Assembly: GCA_963640855.1 (NCBI GenBank)
Contig: CAVIAJ010000004.1
Span: 44,307 to 108,306 of the forward strand
Source: Candidatus Methanomethylophilaceae archaeon
GTDB lineage: Archaea; Thermoplasmatota; Thermoplasmata; Methanomassiliicoccales; Methanomethylophilaceae
Length of the DNA stretch: 64,000 bases
Reading direction: 5' to 3'
In this document: positions 17,821 through 28,530 of the stretch, piece after piece
Numbering within the stretch: position 1 is the stretch's first letter
Layout of the letters: each line of letters opens with the position of its first letter
Notes under the pieces: model-generated
Seen by the model: only the letters and a program-made list of their open reading frames with translations
Database searches by the model: none
Told to the model about the DNA's origin: nothing
Made by a program: the position numbers and the translations under genes

Positions 17821-20800
17821 ATGATAAAACAAGTCCGCGACAGTTATGCAGCGCCAGTGATTGAAAAAGAAATCCGCGACTATTGGGAATCTGTCGATGC
17901 GTACCATCTTACAAAGAAAGCACGCGAAAACGGCGAGAGATTCTATTTCGTCGACGGTCCGCCGTACACTTCCGGTCACGTTCATATGGGAACGGCCCTG
18001 AACAAGACCATCAAAGATATTCTGATCAGGTATTGGAGAATGAACGGATACAACGTCCGCGACCAGCCCGGATTCGATATGCACGGTTTACCGATTGAGG
18101 TACAGGTGGAAAAGAAAATCACCGTACCCGGAAGAGTCAACAAAGACGGAAAACCGGATGAGGTCGGTATCAGATCCAAGAAAGAGATCGAAGACATCAT
18201 CGGTATCGACGGTTTCGTGAACACCTGTAAAGATCACGCCCTGTCACTGCAGAAAGATATGACCGAGGAATTCAAAGAACTCGGTGTGTGGATGGATTGG
18301 GAACACCCCTATCAGACCATCAAAAACGACTACATCGAATCTGCATGGTGGACCATCCAGAAAGCGGATGAAAAGAAACTTCTCGATTCTTCAAGCAGAG
18401 TCGTTACCTGGTGTCCCAGGTGTGAAACCGCTCTTGCGGAAGCCGAGATTGAGTATTGGGATGAGACGGATCCTTCAGTTATGGTGAAATTCCCTCTTGC
18501 CGACGATCCTTCGGTATCGCTTCTCATTTGGACAACCACACCGTGGACACTTCCCGCGAACATGGCCGTTGCGGTACATCCCGACATGACTTACGTCAAA
18601 GCCGAATTCAAAGGCGAAAACGGTTCGGATAAGCTCATCTGCATGGAATCTCAGGCAGATTATATCAGACAGAAAGGAGGATTCGACAGCTTCACCGTGT
18701 TGGAGCGTTACACCGGAAAAGAAATGGTGGGTATGAGATACATCCCGCCCTTTGAGATCGAACCTCAGTATCTGAAGAAAACGGAAAACACATACACCGT
18801 CGTCACTGCGGATTATGTCGAACAGGACAACACAGGTCTCGTCCACACCGCACCCGGATTCGGTCCGGACGATTTCGAAACAGGTAAGAGATTCGGAATT
18901 CCCGCATTCTGTCCCGTCGGAGAGGCAGGAAGGTACACCAAGGAATTCCCGATGATGGAGGGCCGTAAAGTAAGGACGGTCAACGACGATATTGCGAAAT
19001 ATCTCAAAGAAAAAGGACTGCTTCTCAACGCAGAGAAGATCAAACACAGATACGGTCACTGCTGGAGATGCAAGACTCCGATCATCTACAGGAACACGAG
19101 GCAGTGGTTCCTTTCCGTTCCCAAGGTCAAACAGAAGATGCTTGACGAGATCGAAAGAGTGAAATGGGTTCCCGATTGGGCAGGTTCCACCAGAGAAAAG
19201 AACTGGGTGGACGGCGCAAGAGATTGGTGTATCTCAAGGCAGAGATACTGGGGAATCCCGCTCCCTGTATGGGAATGCGAATGCGGCGAAAGGAAAGTAA
19301 TCGGACAGATCTCCGAACTCAGAGAGGGCGACGGTTACACCGAGGGAATGGATCTTCACAGACCGTGGATTGACAAAGTTACATTCAAATGCCCCAAGTG
19401 CGGAAAGACAATGTCGAGAACACCCGACATTCTCGATGTTTGGTTCGATTCGGGAGTTGCGGCATGGGCTTCGCTCGGATATCCCGCAAAGAAAGAGGAA
19501 TTCGACAAATGGTGGCCGTGTAATTTCATTGTGGAAGCGCACGATCAGACCAGAGGATGGTTCTACTCACAGCTCGGAGCGGGTGTTATGTCATTCGACA
19601 GGGCACCTTACGACGAAGTTATGATGCACGCATGGATGCTCGACACCAAAGGTCAGAAGATGTCCAAGTCTCTGGGTAACGTTGTCGAACCCAAGGAAGT
19701 CGCATCGGAGTTCGGTGCGGATGCCATGAGGCTGTATTCGGTAAGAGCAAACGCTCCCTGGGACGATACCTGCTTCCAGTGGGATGTCAAGAAGAACCCG
19801 CCGATGAAAGAAGGTCCCAAGAATGCGTGGAAGGTACTGAACACTTACTGGAACGTCGTCAAATTCGCGTCGATGTACATGGAAATCGACGGATTCGATC
19901 CCGAGAAATACACCAGAGAAAAGATGGAGAAATATCTCAGATACGAGGACATGTGGATGTTCTCCCGTACCGAAAAGATGAAGGCCGCAGTTCGTGAAGG
20001 TATCGATTCGAGAGAACTTCACAAGGCGGCCCGTGCAATCGAAGACTTCATCATGGAAGATCTTTCCAAATGGTACGTCAAACTCATCAGAGACCGCAGT
20101 TGGACTGAGGATGAAGATTCCCAGAACGATAAATTGGCATCGTACTGCACTCTGTACTATGCGATTATGCAGACCGCATTAACCATGGCTCCGATTGCTC
20201 CGCACATAAGTGAGGAAGTCTACCGTCACATGGGCGGAAAGAAAGAGACTGTGCACATGGAAGATTGGCCTCTTCCCAACGAATCGTTCATGAGAGACGA
20301 CATTGAGAACAATATGAGCATGATTCAGGAGCTTGTGGAGATTATCGCAACGGAACGTGCGAAGATGGGCAGTAAGCTCAGATGGCCGCTCAAGAAAGTC
20401 TCAATCGTAGGAAAGACTCCCGCATCCTCGGATGCCGTGAGAATGTTCGAAGAAGTACTGAAACAGCAGGGTAACGTGAAGAGTGTTGAGTACATCACAC
20501 CCGACAAGCTCCCCTGTGACAAAGAAGCCGTGAAGTACACCGACGGTCAGATTGTCATCGACTTCGATATCACGCCTGAAATCGAAGCGGAAGGATACAC
20601 CAGAGAACTCATCAGAAGAATTCAGCAGATGCGTAAGGACATGAAGCTCAATGTGGAAGATTACATCGACATTCAGGTCAGTGCGGAAGAGACTCTTCTG
20701 GGATACTTCGGAACATGGAAGGACTTCGTTATCAACGAAGTAAGAGCGAAATCCATGACCTTCACGGACAGTCCGAAAGGTGACGAAGTCAAGAACTGGG

Positions 20801-20844
20801 ACGTCACCGGTAAAGACATTACCATCGGTATCGCCAAACTCTGA
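17821..20844 (+). CDS. ileS: Isoleucine--tRNA ligase
   Basis: DGPPY..HMGT, WTTTPWTLP, DWCISRQRYWG, KMSKS. Confidence 0.98.
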   Translation: MIKQVRDSYAAPVIEKEIRDYWESVDAYHLTKKARENGERFYFVDGPPYTSGHVHMGTALNKTIKDILIRYWRMNGYNVRDQPGFDMHGLPIEVQVEKKITVPGRVNKDGKPDEVGIRSKKEIEDIIGIDGFVNTCKDHALSLQKDMTEEFKELGVWMDWEHPYQTIKNDYIESAWWTIQKADEKKLLDSSSRVVTWCPRCETALAEAEIEYWDETDPSVMVKFPLADDPSVSLLIWTTTPWTLPANMAVAVHPDMTYVKAEFKGENGSDKLICMESQADYIRQKGGFDSFTVLERYTGKEMVGMRYIPPFEIEPQYLKKTENTYTVVTADYVEQDNTGLVHTAPGFGPDDFETGKRFGIPAFCPVGEAGRYTKEFPMMEGRKVRTVNDDIAKYLKEKGLLLNAEKIKHRYGHCWRCKTPIIYRNTRQWFLSVPKVKQKMLDEIERVKWVPDWAGSTREKNWVDGARDWCISRQRYWGIPLPVWECECGERKVIGQISELREGDGYTEGMDLHRPWIDKVTFKCPKCGKTMSRTPDILDVWFDSGVAAWASLGYPAKKEEFDKWWPCNFIVEAHDQTRGWFYSQLGAGVMSFDRAPYDEVMMHAWMLDTKGQKMSKSLGNVVEPKEVASEFGADAMRLYSVRANAPWDDTCFQWDVKKNPPMKEGPKNAWKVLNTYWNVVKFASMYMEIDGFDPEKYTREKMEKYLRYEDMWMFSRTEKMKAAVREGIDSRELHKAARAIEDFIMEDLSKWYVKLIRDRSWTEDEDSQNDKLASYCTLYYAIMQTALTMAPIAPHISEEVYRHMGGKKETVHMEDWPLPNESFMRDDIENNMSMIQELVEIIATERAKMGSKLRWPLKKVSIVGKTPASSDAVRMFEEVLKQQGNVKSVEYITPDKLPCDKEAVKYTDGQIVIDFDITPEIEAEGYTRELIRRIQQMRKDMKLNVEDYIDIQVSAEETLLGYFGTWKDFVINEVRAKSMTFTDSPKGDEVKNWDVTGKDITIGIAKL

Positions 20845-20892
20845 AATCCGAATCGGAGGAGCCGATCCTCCGATTCAAAATTCTTTATTTTT

Positions 20893-21600
20893 TCATCTCT
20901 GACTGATGAGATATTTTATTGTCTCGTTTGCAAGAGTCATTCCGAATATCGCCGGGATCGTAGGAAGAGAACCCAGGATACTCTTTCCGTGTTCATCACG
21001 ATCCATAGGGACTGAAAGAGGTTTTTCTTCGGAATAAACACATGTGATGCTTTCTGTGTTTACATCTCTTAATTTGGATCTCAGACCTGCAGCGAGAGGG
21101 CATGTGTTCGTTTTCTTCAGAGTCGCAATGCGGATTTTCTGAGAATCCAAATGCATCGCGGCGCCCATTGAAGAGAATACAGTCAGTCCGTTATCTGCGG
21201 CATATCTCAGAAGTGCCGCCTTATGATGCATTGTATCGATTGCGTCTACAAGAACATCGGGTCTTTTTTCTAGGATCTTCGGTACCGTTTCCTCGGAAAT
21301 CAACGTTACATCGGCAGTGACATCTATATCGGGATTTATCGACCTGGCACGTTCGATTGCAACCTCGGCTTTGGGACGTCCGATCGTATCCGTTACAGCA
21401 AGAATCTGTCTGTTGAGATTGGTCTTATCGAACACGTCTCCGTCAATCACTTTGATATGACCTACACCCGCTCTGACAAGACCTTCCAATGCATATCCTC
21501 CGACAGCGCCGACGCCCGCCAATACAACATATGAATCCTTCAGAGCCTTCACTCCGTCCTCTCCGATGAGTATCTGTGTCCTCTGACCGATGTCCGACAT
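20893..21600 (-). CDS. ThiF family, TcdA-like tRNA threonylcarbamoyladenosine dehydratase
   Basis: GVGAVG, NLNRQ, DAID, SSMGAA, CPLA, VYSEE. Confidence 0.8.
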   Translation of the reverse strand: MSDIGQRTQILIGEDGVKALKDSYVVLAGVGAVGGYALEGLVRAGVGHIKVIDGDVFDKTNLNRQILAVTDTIGRPKAEVAIERARSINPDIDVTADVTLISEETVPKILEKRPDVLVDAIDTMHHKAALLRYAADNGLTVFSSMGAAMHLDSQKIRIATLKKTNTCPLAAGLRSKLRDVNTESITCVYSEEKPLSVPMDRDEHGKSILGSLPTIPAIFGMTLANETIKYLISQR

Positions 21601-21904
21601 TGAAACACAATCTTTCGACTGAATAGATAATCGTTTTGCATTACAAAGGCAGAAACCCTCGGAAATCAAATGCAATCTCCGTCGTCTTCACCTAGTCGGA
21701 ATTTCACATACATGTGCGTATAATTTAAGATAAACTTTCAGAGCATAATATTTGCCGTCGGAATCATCCGATTCCCGTATTGCAGATAATATCCGTTTTG
21801 TCGTCCGAATACATCCGTGTGGGTAGAACTTATCTATTTGTTTTATTCATACATAGTCTTGTGCATACGGCAATACAACAGGCCGGAGCATGGGAAAGAA
21901 TAGT

Positions 21905-22087
21905 ATGGCATACGGCAACAAATTCGATAAAAACAGGCCTCCGCGCGAGTACACGAAGACTACATGCACAGCCTGCGGAAAAGAATGCGAGGTACCCTTC
22001 AAACCTACCGAAGGCAAGCCCGTCTACTGCAAAGAATGCTATGCGATTCATGCACCTCCGAGAGAGGACAGACGCAGAAGATTCTGA
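21905..22087 (+). CDS. CxxC-x17-CxxC zinc-binding protein
   Basis: CTACGKECEVPFKP..GKPVYCKECY. Confidence 0.9.
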   Translation: MAYGNKFDKNRPPREYTKTTCTACGKECEVPFKPTEGKPVYCKECYAIHAPPREDRRRRF

Positions 22088-22115
22088 TCCCGAAAGGGAT
22101 CCAAACCCCAAAAAA

Positions 22116-22316
22116 CTACTTTCTCTTTGAGATATTCTTTTTCACGGCCGCATTCAGCAGCAGACCGCTGAATCCGATTACTATACACGCAACGCCGAGA
22201 CAGAGAGGCAATGCGGAAATCATCCCGTAATCCATCAGATGCAGTCCGAGACCGATGCAGAACAGCATTACACCGACGTAGAAAAGCATCCTCATCGAAC
22301 GTGAATCATACCACAT
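22116..22316 (-). CDS. Small two-TM membrane protein
   Basis: Two hydrophobic segments, GAGGT RBS. Confidence 0.6.
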   Translation of the reverse strand: MWYDSRSMRMLFYVGVMLFCIGLGLHLMDYGMISALPLCLGVACIVIGFSGLLLNAAVKKNISKRK

Positions 22317-22425
22317 CGGAATACCTCGGAAAAAAAATAATATTCGGCAGAATCACCCGATAACAACGGCAGATACCACTGACCGTCTGTTTTAAGCAGG
22401 TGCCGCCGGAGTGTTTACAGCGGAT

Positions 22426-22536
22426 TTAATCGTCGTAGACGTATTCCCTGGGCTTCTTCACGAAATTGTAGATGATGACTGCCGCGAGATAAACTACGCC
22501 GACTCCGATTACATATGCGTATGTCTGGAAATCCAT
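22426..22536 (-). CDS. 36-aa single-TM peptide
   Basis: MDFQTYAYVIGVGVVYLAAVIIYNFVKKPREYVYDD; below ORF-track cutoff. Confidence 0.6.
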   Translation of the reverse strand: MDFQTYAYVIGVGVVYLAAVIIYNFVKKPREYVYDD

Positions 22537-22571
22537 TGTGATCATTCCCGTGATGGCTGAAATGGTATAAA

Positions 22572-22946
22572 TCACTTCAGTAAGCCGTCCTTCACCTCGG
22601 AGAGGTGCTGTACGTACATTGCAATCTTACCGTTACGATACAGAGGAGAAGATGTACAGACATACTCCTTTCCCGTCTTCGGGATGATCTTTATCCTCTT
22701 GCCGGATTTGGATGCGATCGCAGCTTCCGTAGGTATGTCGCAGTCGTCGCACGGAGCTACTTTTCCGAAGAGTCTGTAGCATCTCGTTCCGATGGTTTCG
22801 TCCGCTTTCACGCCGAACGCATTCGCACCGGCACGGTTTATCCAGACGATTGTGTGGTCTGTATCGAGAATGATTATGATGTCATCTATCTCATCCAATA
22901 CGATATTCAACAGCGATTCTGCATATTCATTCTCATTCGCGGACAT
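22572..22946 (-). CDS. Stand-alone PAS domain protein
   Basis: IIILD...IVWINRA, G.RCY.LFG...PCDDC. Confidence 0.8.
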   Translation of the reverse strand: MSANENEYAESLLNIVLDEIDDIIIILDTDHTIVWINRAGANAFGVKADETIGTRCYRLFGKVAPCDDCDIPTEAAIASKSGKRIKIIPKTGKEYVCTSSPLYRNGKIAMYVQHLSEVKDGLLK

Positions 22947-23067
22947 CGTAAAAAGAATCCCTATGTGAGTATAAAAACAATCGTCGGCAAATTATTCCGT
23001 ACGGCAGCCAGACTTGAAATTTAGCCTTCTCTACATTTTTATATCTTCATTTGATATCCTCTGCTAC

Positions 23068-24003
23068 ATGACCTACGATTTAGTTGTTGTCGGAGCCGGT
23101 CCCGCAGGATTGACGGCAGGCATCTATGCAAGAACGAAGATGATGGAAACAGTCGTTCTGGATGCCGGTGTAATCGGCGGACAATTGGTGAGCCTCTATC
23201 CGGAGAAGGGAATTCACAACTATCCCGGTTACGAGACCATACAGGCCAGGAAACTTTCCGACAAGCTCTACGCTCAGGCGGAATCTCTCGGATGCGAAAT
23301 ACGCGAAAAAGAGAAGGTCATGGAGATAGACGACGGTGAGGAAGAACTCATTGTCAAGACAGAGAAAAACGAGTACCACACAAAATCCGTTATCGTGGCA
23401 ATCGGAATGGGTATGTTCAAACCCAGGAGAATGGGCTGCGAAGGGGAAACGGAACTCGAAGGCAAAGGACTGTCTTATATTCTGCCTCTGAAAGAAGAAA
23501 TTGTAGGAAAGAAAGTTGTCGTCTTCGGCGGAGGCAACAGTGCGATTGAGATGGCTATGATGGCCTCTACCGTTACCGATACGACATTGGTTCACAGAAG
23601 GCCCGAGTTCAGGGCGGATGAGTCCAATGTAAAAGATCTCGCTTCGAGCAAAGTCAAAGCGATCATGAGTGCAAACCTCAAATCCGTCAACGGAAAAGAT
23701 AAGGTTGAGTCGGTAACACTCGTTCAGGGCGAGAAAGAATTCGAAGTACCTGCGGATCTTGTTGTCATCAACATCGGAATTTCATCGGATCTCGACGATC
23801 TGAAGAAATGGAATCTCGAACTCACCGACACAGGCTTGATCAAAGTGGGATTCGATATGACTACGTCAAGGCACGGAATATTCGCCTGCGGAGATGTTGT
23901 CGATTATCCCGGAAAATACAAACAGATTATCACGGGTTGCGGCGAAGCCGGTACAGCTGTACTTTCGGCGTACAAATTCGTGAAGAAGCCCTATTGGGCA
24001 TAA
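23068..24003 (+). CDS. Thioredoxin reductase-like FAD oxidoreductase (ferredoxin-NADP reductase type, no CxxC)
   Basis: GAGPAG, GGQL..LYPEK, GGGNSA, HRR, FACGD. Confidence 0.85.
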   Translation: MTYDLVVVGAGPAGLTAGIYARTKMMETVVLDAGVIGGQLVSLYPEKGIHNYPGYETIQARKLSDKLYAQAESLGCEIREKEKVMEIDDGEEELIVKTEKNEYHTKSVIVAIGMGMFKPRRMGCEGETELEGKGLSYILPLKEEIVGKKVVVFGGGNSAIEMAMMASTVTDTTLVHRRPEFRADESNVKDLASSKVKAIMSANLKSVNGKDKVESVTLVQGEKEFEVPADLVVINIGISSDLDDLKKWNLELTDTGLIKVGFDMTTSRHGIFACGDVVDYPGKYKQIITGCGEAGTAVLSAYKFVKKPYWA

Positions 24004-24184
24004 TTGTGCTCCGATCCGTTCGGTGAATGTCCGAACGGATACGGCATTCTTTCTTTTTACGTGTGAATTGTTTCCTTCGGAATATTCTGTCAATCGATAT
24101 ACGGTAACGTTTTCGAATCGGAATCATCAAGAACTCAGAAATAAGGGTTTAAGGGGAAATGGTTTGATTCCTTTATCGAGAAAT

Positions 24185-24349
24185 TCACTCTACGATTGCG
24201 GATGAAGGGCACTCGTCGATGCATGCACCGCAGTCCACGCATTTACCTGCGTCGATGACTGCGATATCATCTACAACGATTGCTCCCTGGGGGCATACGT
24301 CAATGCATGCTCCGCATCCAACACATTCACTTCCGTTAACTGTCGGCAT
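24185..24349 (-). CDS. 2[4Fe-4S] ferredoxin
   Basis: 54 aa with two CxxCxxCxxxCP motifs; not in ORF track. Confidence 0.95.
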   Translation of the reverse strand: MPTVNGSECVGCGACIDVCPQGAIVVDDIAVIDAGKCVDCGACIDECPSSAIVE

Positions 24350-24491
24350 TTGAATTACCTCTGAATGGTGAACTGAGGACGATGTATATAACGTTAAGGG
24401 ATGGATTTTTTGGTTTTCCTTAATTTTTGCCCGTTTTTAGTAATTTTTAGGCACAATTAACATGTAATTTTTGTCTTTCATTGCATAAAGT

Positions 24492-24521
24492 TGTACATCG
24501 ATGTACAGAAATGTTATATAA
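24492..24521 (+). promoter_or_regulatory. Paired TRP boxes (TGTACA-N4-TGTACA) next to trpB2 TATA box
   Basis: Perfect palindrome tgtacatcgatgtaca at 24492-24507; TTATATAA at 24514-24521. Confidence 0.75.
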
Positions 24522-24543
24522 TGATTGAATATTGACCTCAATC

Positions 24544-25869
24544 ATGGCAATCCCAAAAGATGCAAGAATCAACCTCTCACCGGAGGACATACCCAAAAAA
24601 TGGTACAACATCGTAGCAGAACTTCCCGACCTCAAACCCCCGCTTAATCCGGGCACCGGGAAGGTCGCGAAACCCGAAGACTTCAGCCCGATCTTCTGCA
24701 GGGAGATCATAAGGCAGGAGGGTTCGAAAGAAAGATACATCAACATACCCGAAGAGGTCCGCGACAATCTGATCTATCTGAACAGACCCGCCCCTCTTCA
24801 GAGAGCGTACAGATTGGAGAAGTATCTGAAAACACCGGCGAAGATTTACTTCAAAAGAGAAGACATGAGTCCCCTCGGAAGTCACAAAGGAAACACGGCA
24901 ATCGCTCAGGCATATTACAACGCGGAAGCGGGAATACACACACTCACCACAGAAACGGGTGCGGGCCAATGGGGAACCGCTCTCGCAATGGTTTCCAATC
25001 TCTATGACATCAATACAACAGTGTTCATGGTCAAAGGAAGCTACATGGCGAAACCTTTGAGGAAGACAATAATCAACACCTACGGTGCGACAATATATGC
25101 CTCACCGAGCGAATACACCGAATTCGGAAGGAAAATACTGAAAGAACACCCCGAAACGTCGGGATCTTTGGGTATCGCGATATCCGAAGCATGTGAAATT
25201 GCGGCAAAAGACGAACACACATGCTACTCACTCGGAAGTGTACTGAACCATGTGATGCTGCATCAGACGGTCATCGGTCTCGAAACTATGCAGCAGATGG
25301 AAATCGGAGAGATCACTCCCGATTACGTCGTAGCATGTACCGGCGGAGGTTCCAACTTCGCAGGCCTCACATTCCCGATGATGGGAGAAAAGATCAGAGG
25401 CAGAGGATTCGGAGATACGGAATTCATCGCCGTAGAACCCAAAGCCGCACCGTCTCTGACGAAAGGAGAATACAGATACGACTACGGGGACACCGCAGGA
25501 TTCACTCCGCTGCTGATGATGTACACCCTCGGAAGCGAATTTATTCCTTCGGCGATACACGCAGGAGGTCTGAGGTATCACGGAATGTCGCCGCTGATCT
25601 CCGCCGCATACGATACGGGACTTCTCTCCGCAAGATCTTACGATCAGACCGAGACTTTCGAAGCCGGTGTGATTATGGCAAGAACGGAAGGAATCATTCC
25701 GGCTCCCGAATCGTGCCACGCACTGAAAGCGGCAATCGATCTCGCTCTCGAATGTAAGGAAAAGAACGAGGAAAAAACGATAGTCTTCTGTCTTTCCGGA
25801 CACGGTCTGTTGGATCTGTACGGTTACGAACAGTATCTCGGCGGAACGCTTCCGTCATCCGGGATATGA
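24544..25869 (+). CDS. trpB2: Tryptophan synthase beta-2 (TrpB2)
   Basis: GSHK.N, TETGAGQWG, GGGSNF, HAGGLRYHG, PAPES.HA. Confidence 0.95.
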   Translation: MAIPKDARINLSPEDIPKKWYNIVAELPDLKPPLNPGTGKVAKPEDFSPIFCREIIRQEGSKERYINIPEEVRDNLIYLNRPAPLQRAYRLEKYLKTPAKIYFKREDMSPLGSHKGNTAIAQAYYNAEAGIHTLTTETGAGQWGTALAMVSNLYDINTTVFMVKGSYMAKPLRKTIINTYGATIYASPSEYTEFGRKILKEHPETSGSLGIAISEACEIAAKDEHTCYSLGSVLNHVMLHQTVIGLETMQQMEIGEITPDYVVACTGGGSNFAGLTFPMMGEKIRGRGFGDTEFIAVEPKAAPSLTKGEYRYDYGDTAGFTPLLMMYTLGSEFIPSAIHAGGLRYHGMSPLISAAYDTGLLSARSYDQTETFEAGVIMARTEGIIPAPESCHALKAAIDLALECKEKNEEKTIVFCLSGHGLLDLYGYEQYLGGTLPSSGI

Positions 25870-26030
25870 TATCCTCAGGGCCGCACTCCGTGCGGCCCTT
25901 CCCAGGAAGAACATCCTTTGTCATTATTTTACGGCGAATCAATCATCATTAAATAATATGTAGACACAGTTATTACCGGACTGTCCGTACTGAACGTACG
26001 GAAACCAATCTCAACGGACGGTGAATAACG

Positions 26031-26489
26031 GTGGATGCGACTGCAGTTTCTCTCATCATTATAATGATCGGGGCAATATTCCTGATCATCGAGGCCTTCA
26101 ACCCGGGAGCCTTTATGGTCATACCGGGTACGGTGCTGATAATCATAGGTATAATCGGATATGTGGCACAGGGTTTCCTGTTCAGCATATATTCTCCGAT
26201 AACAGCCGTAGCGATAGCGGTACCTGTAACGCTCATCACCGTCAGATTCTACCGTTTCCTCGCAAAACCGATACCTCCGACTACGCAGGCATCCGATTCC
26301 CTGATAGGGAAGAGGGGCGAAGTAGTCGTCTCCACTGAACCCAACACACTGAAAGGAAAAGTGAGGTTGGGAATGGAAATATGGAGCGCGGATTCCGATC
26401 AGCCGATTGAGAAAGGTACACGCGTGGAAGTTGTATCCGCGGAAGGAGTCCATGTAACTGTCAGAATTATAGGAGAAGTGTCAGAATGA
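26031..26489 (+). CDS. Short NfeD family protein
   Basis: N-terminal TMs, LIGK.G.V, G.V...E.W.A OB fold. Confidence 0.9.
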   Translation: MDATAVSLIIIMIGAIFLIIEAFNPGAFMVIPGTVLIIIGIIGYVAQGFLFSIYSPITAVAIAVPVTLITVRFYRFLAKPIPPTTQASDSLIGKRGEVVVSTEPNTLKGKVRLGMEIWSADSDQPIEKGTRVEVVSAEGVHVTVRIIGEVSE

Positions 26490-27559
26490 ACGGAATAATA
26501 ATCGCCTTACTCTTCTTGGTACTTATAGCGTCGATAGTTTCGATTATCAGCGGAGTCAAAATCGTTCAGCCCTACGAACAGGCCGTGTATATGAGACTCG
26601 GTAAGTACATCAGAATCCTCAATCAGGGTCTCAACTTTGTATGTCCGTTGATCAATGTGGTAGTGAAACTCGATCTGCGTACGCAGGTTCTCGACGTTCC
26701 CCGTCAGGAAGTCATCACCAAGGATAACTCGCCCGTGAACGTCGATGCAATCATCTACGTCAAGGTAACAGATCCCAAAAATGCATTCTTCGAAGTCACG
26801 GACTACCGCACGGCAACAGTCTATCTGGCACAGACGTCCCTCAGGTCGATAGTCGGAGAGATGGAACTCGACGAAATCCTCTCAAGCAGAGAGAAAATCA
26901 ACATTCAGCTGAGAGATGTGCTTGATGAAGCCACCGACAAATGGGGTGTGAAAATCGAGGCCGTCGAGATAAGAGAAGTCGATCCTGCGGCAAAAGTCAA
27001 AGCATCGATGGAAGAGCAGACTTCCGCCGAGAGGAGGAGACGTGCCGCAATTCTCGCGGCCGACGGAGAGAAAAGAGCTGCAATACTTCAGGCCGAAGGT
27101 AAGAGACAGTCGATGATTCTCGAAGCGGAGGGAAGCAGACAGTCTATGGTTCTCGAAGCCGAAGGTAAGAGAACGGCTACAATCCTCGAAAGTCAGGGAG
27201 AGGCACAGAAACTGCGTATAATGTCCGTAGGTGCATCCGCAATGGATTCGAAAGCACTCTCCGTTATGTCGCTTGATATGCTGAAAACCGTCAGCAACGG
27301 ACAGGCTTCCAAGATTTACTTCCCGATTGAACTTACCAAACTCGTCGACGGAATCTCAGAATACGTCGGAAGCGGTACATCCATACCCGACAGGGAAGTT
27401 GCCGATAAGAAATCGATCGAAGATGCGGTAGGAAAAGCGGACGATATCCTCGGTCCGATACCTTCTGCGAAAGAAATCAAGGAACAGATCGACGATATCG
27501 ACAATACCATTCAGGAAGAGGCCAAAGAGTCCGAAACGGATATCGACGACATATCCTGA
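26486..27559 (+). CDS. SPFH/stomatin family protein
   Basis: RLGKY, QEVITKDN, AER.RRA.IL.A.G repeats. Confidence 0.95.
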   Translation: MNGIIIALLFLVLIASIVSIISGVKIVQPYEQAVYMRLGKYIRILNQGLNFVCPLINVVVKLDLRTQVLDVPRQEVITKDNSPVNVDAIIYVKVTDPKNAFFEVTDYRTATVYLAQTSLRSIVGEMELDEILSSREKINIQLRDVLDEATDKWGVKIEAVEIREVDPAAKVKASMEEQTSAERRRRAAILAADGEKRAAILQAEGKRQSMILEAEGSRQSMVLEAEGKRTATILESQGEAQKLRIMSVGASAMDSKALSVMSLDMLKTVSNGQASKIYFPIELTKLVDGISEYVGSGTSIPDREVADKKSIEDAVGKADDILGPIPSAKEIKEQIDDIDNTIQEEAKESETDIDDIS

Positions 27560-27653
27560 ACATAACAAACCCCGTCCGCAGGGACGGGGAATACTTTTTC
27601 AGAAACATTTTACAGTACAGGTATACACTCAGAAACATCGGAAGGATAACAAA

Positions 27654-27947
27654 ATGAACGAAATAATGATGGTAATCTACAGCGGAATGGAGTCGGGAGG
27701 AATTCTTTATAAGGATCCGACAGGCGAGGAAGAATGGTCGGACAGAGACATCAAAAAGGCAATGAAACAGAGAGCAGTCCACGGTTACGATGCCAAATTC
27801 AAGTCCAGATCCGTTTACATCCCCGTAGAAAACATCGCATGCATGTATATCGTCAACAAAGCGGATGCCGAAGAAGAAATGAAGAACAGACAGACCGATG
27901 TCGAAACAATCGGCAGTAAGATCAAAGACGGAATGATGTTCGGATGA
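27654..27947 (+). CDS. Hypothetical protein
   Basis: ORF with RBS, coupled to next gene. Confidence 0.6.
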   Translation: MNEIMMVIYSGMESGGILYKDPTGEEEWSDRDIKKAMKQRAVHGYDAKFKSRSVYIPVENIACMYIVNKADAEEEMKNRQTDVETIGSKIKDGMMFG

Positions 27948-28219
27948 ACGAAACGGTTCTGAACGGACTCCGCGGAAGGATTTCGGAAAAAGATTTCGAG
28001 ATAATCAGACTCATTTCCGAACGTACGGCAATCGCCGGAGAAATAGGTAAAATAAAATCCGAATCCGGATTGGATGTCCGTAACACCGCCGCGGAAGATG
28101 CGGTTATCTCAAGATACGTCGATGAAGGCCTGAAATACGGTTTTGACAAAGAAGATATGATTTCATTGGCGGAAACAGTCATTGAAATAGCCGTGAAAGC
28201 CGAAAATAAAGAAATGTGA
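27944..28219 (+). CDS. Chorismate mutase (AroQ type)
   Basis: LR..I...D.EI..LI.ER..IA.EIG.IK. Confidence 0.85.
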   Translation: MNETVLNGLRGRISEKDFEIIRLISERTAIAGEIGKIKSESGLDVRNTAAEDAVISRYVDEGLKYGFDKEDMISLAETVIEIAVKAENKEM

Positions 28220-28290
28220 GATATCCGGGATCGGAAATCCCGAATCTCTCGGAGAATAATTCTGTCTGATAACAGGATTATGAAACGGTT

Positions 28291-28455
28291 TTATTCTTTC
28301 ATTGCACCGCAAGGACACTCATCGACACACGCGAGACACTCTACGCATGCGCCTGCATCGATAACTGCGATATCCTCAATCTTGATTGCATTCACGGGAC
28401 ATGCATCCGCGCATGCACCGCATCCGGTACATTCCTCAGCATTAACTGTCGGCAT
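28291..28455 (-). CDS. 2[4Fe-4S] ferredoxin
   Basis: Two CxxCxxCxxxCP motifs; paralog of 24185-24349. Confidence 0.95.
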   Translation of the reverse strand: MPTVNAEECTGCGACADACPVNAIKIEDIAVIDAGACVECLACVDECPCGAMKE

Positions 28456-28530
28456 TTTTACACCTAAACGCGGAAAAGATTTCATCGGTTTTATTAGTAA
28501 CGATAGGGATAACCGACAGGGAGCCGGATT

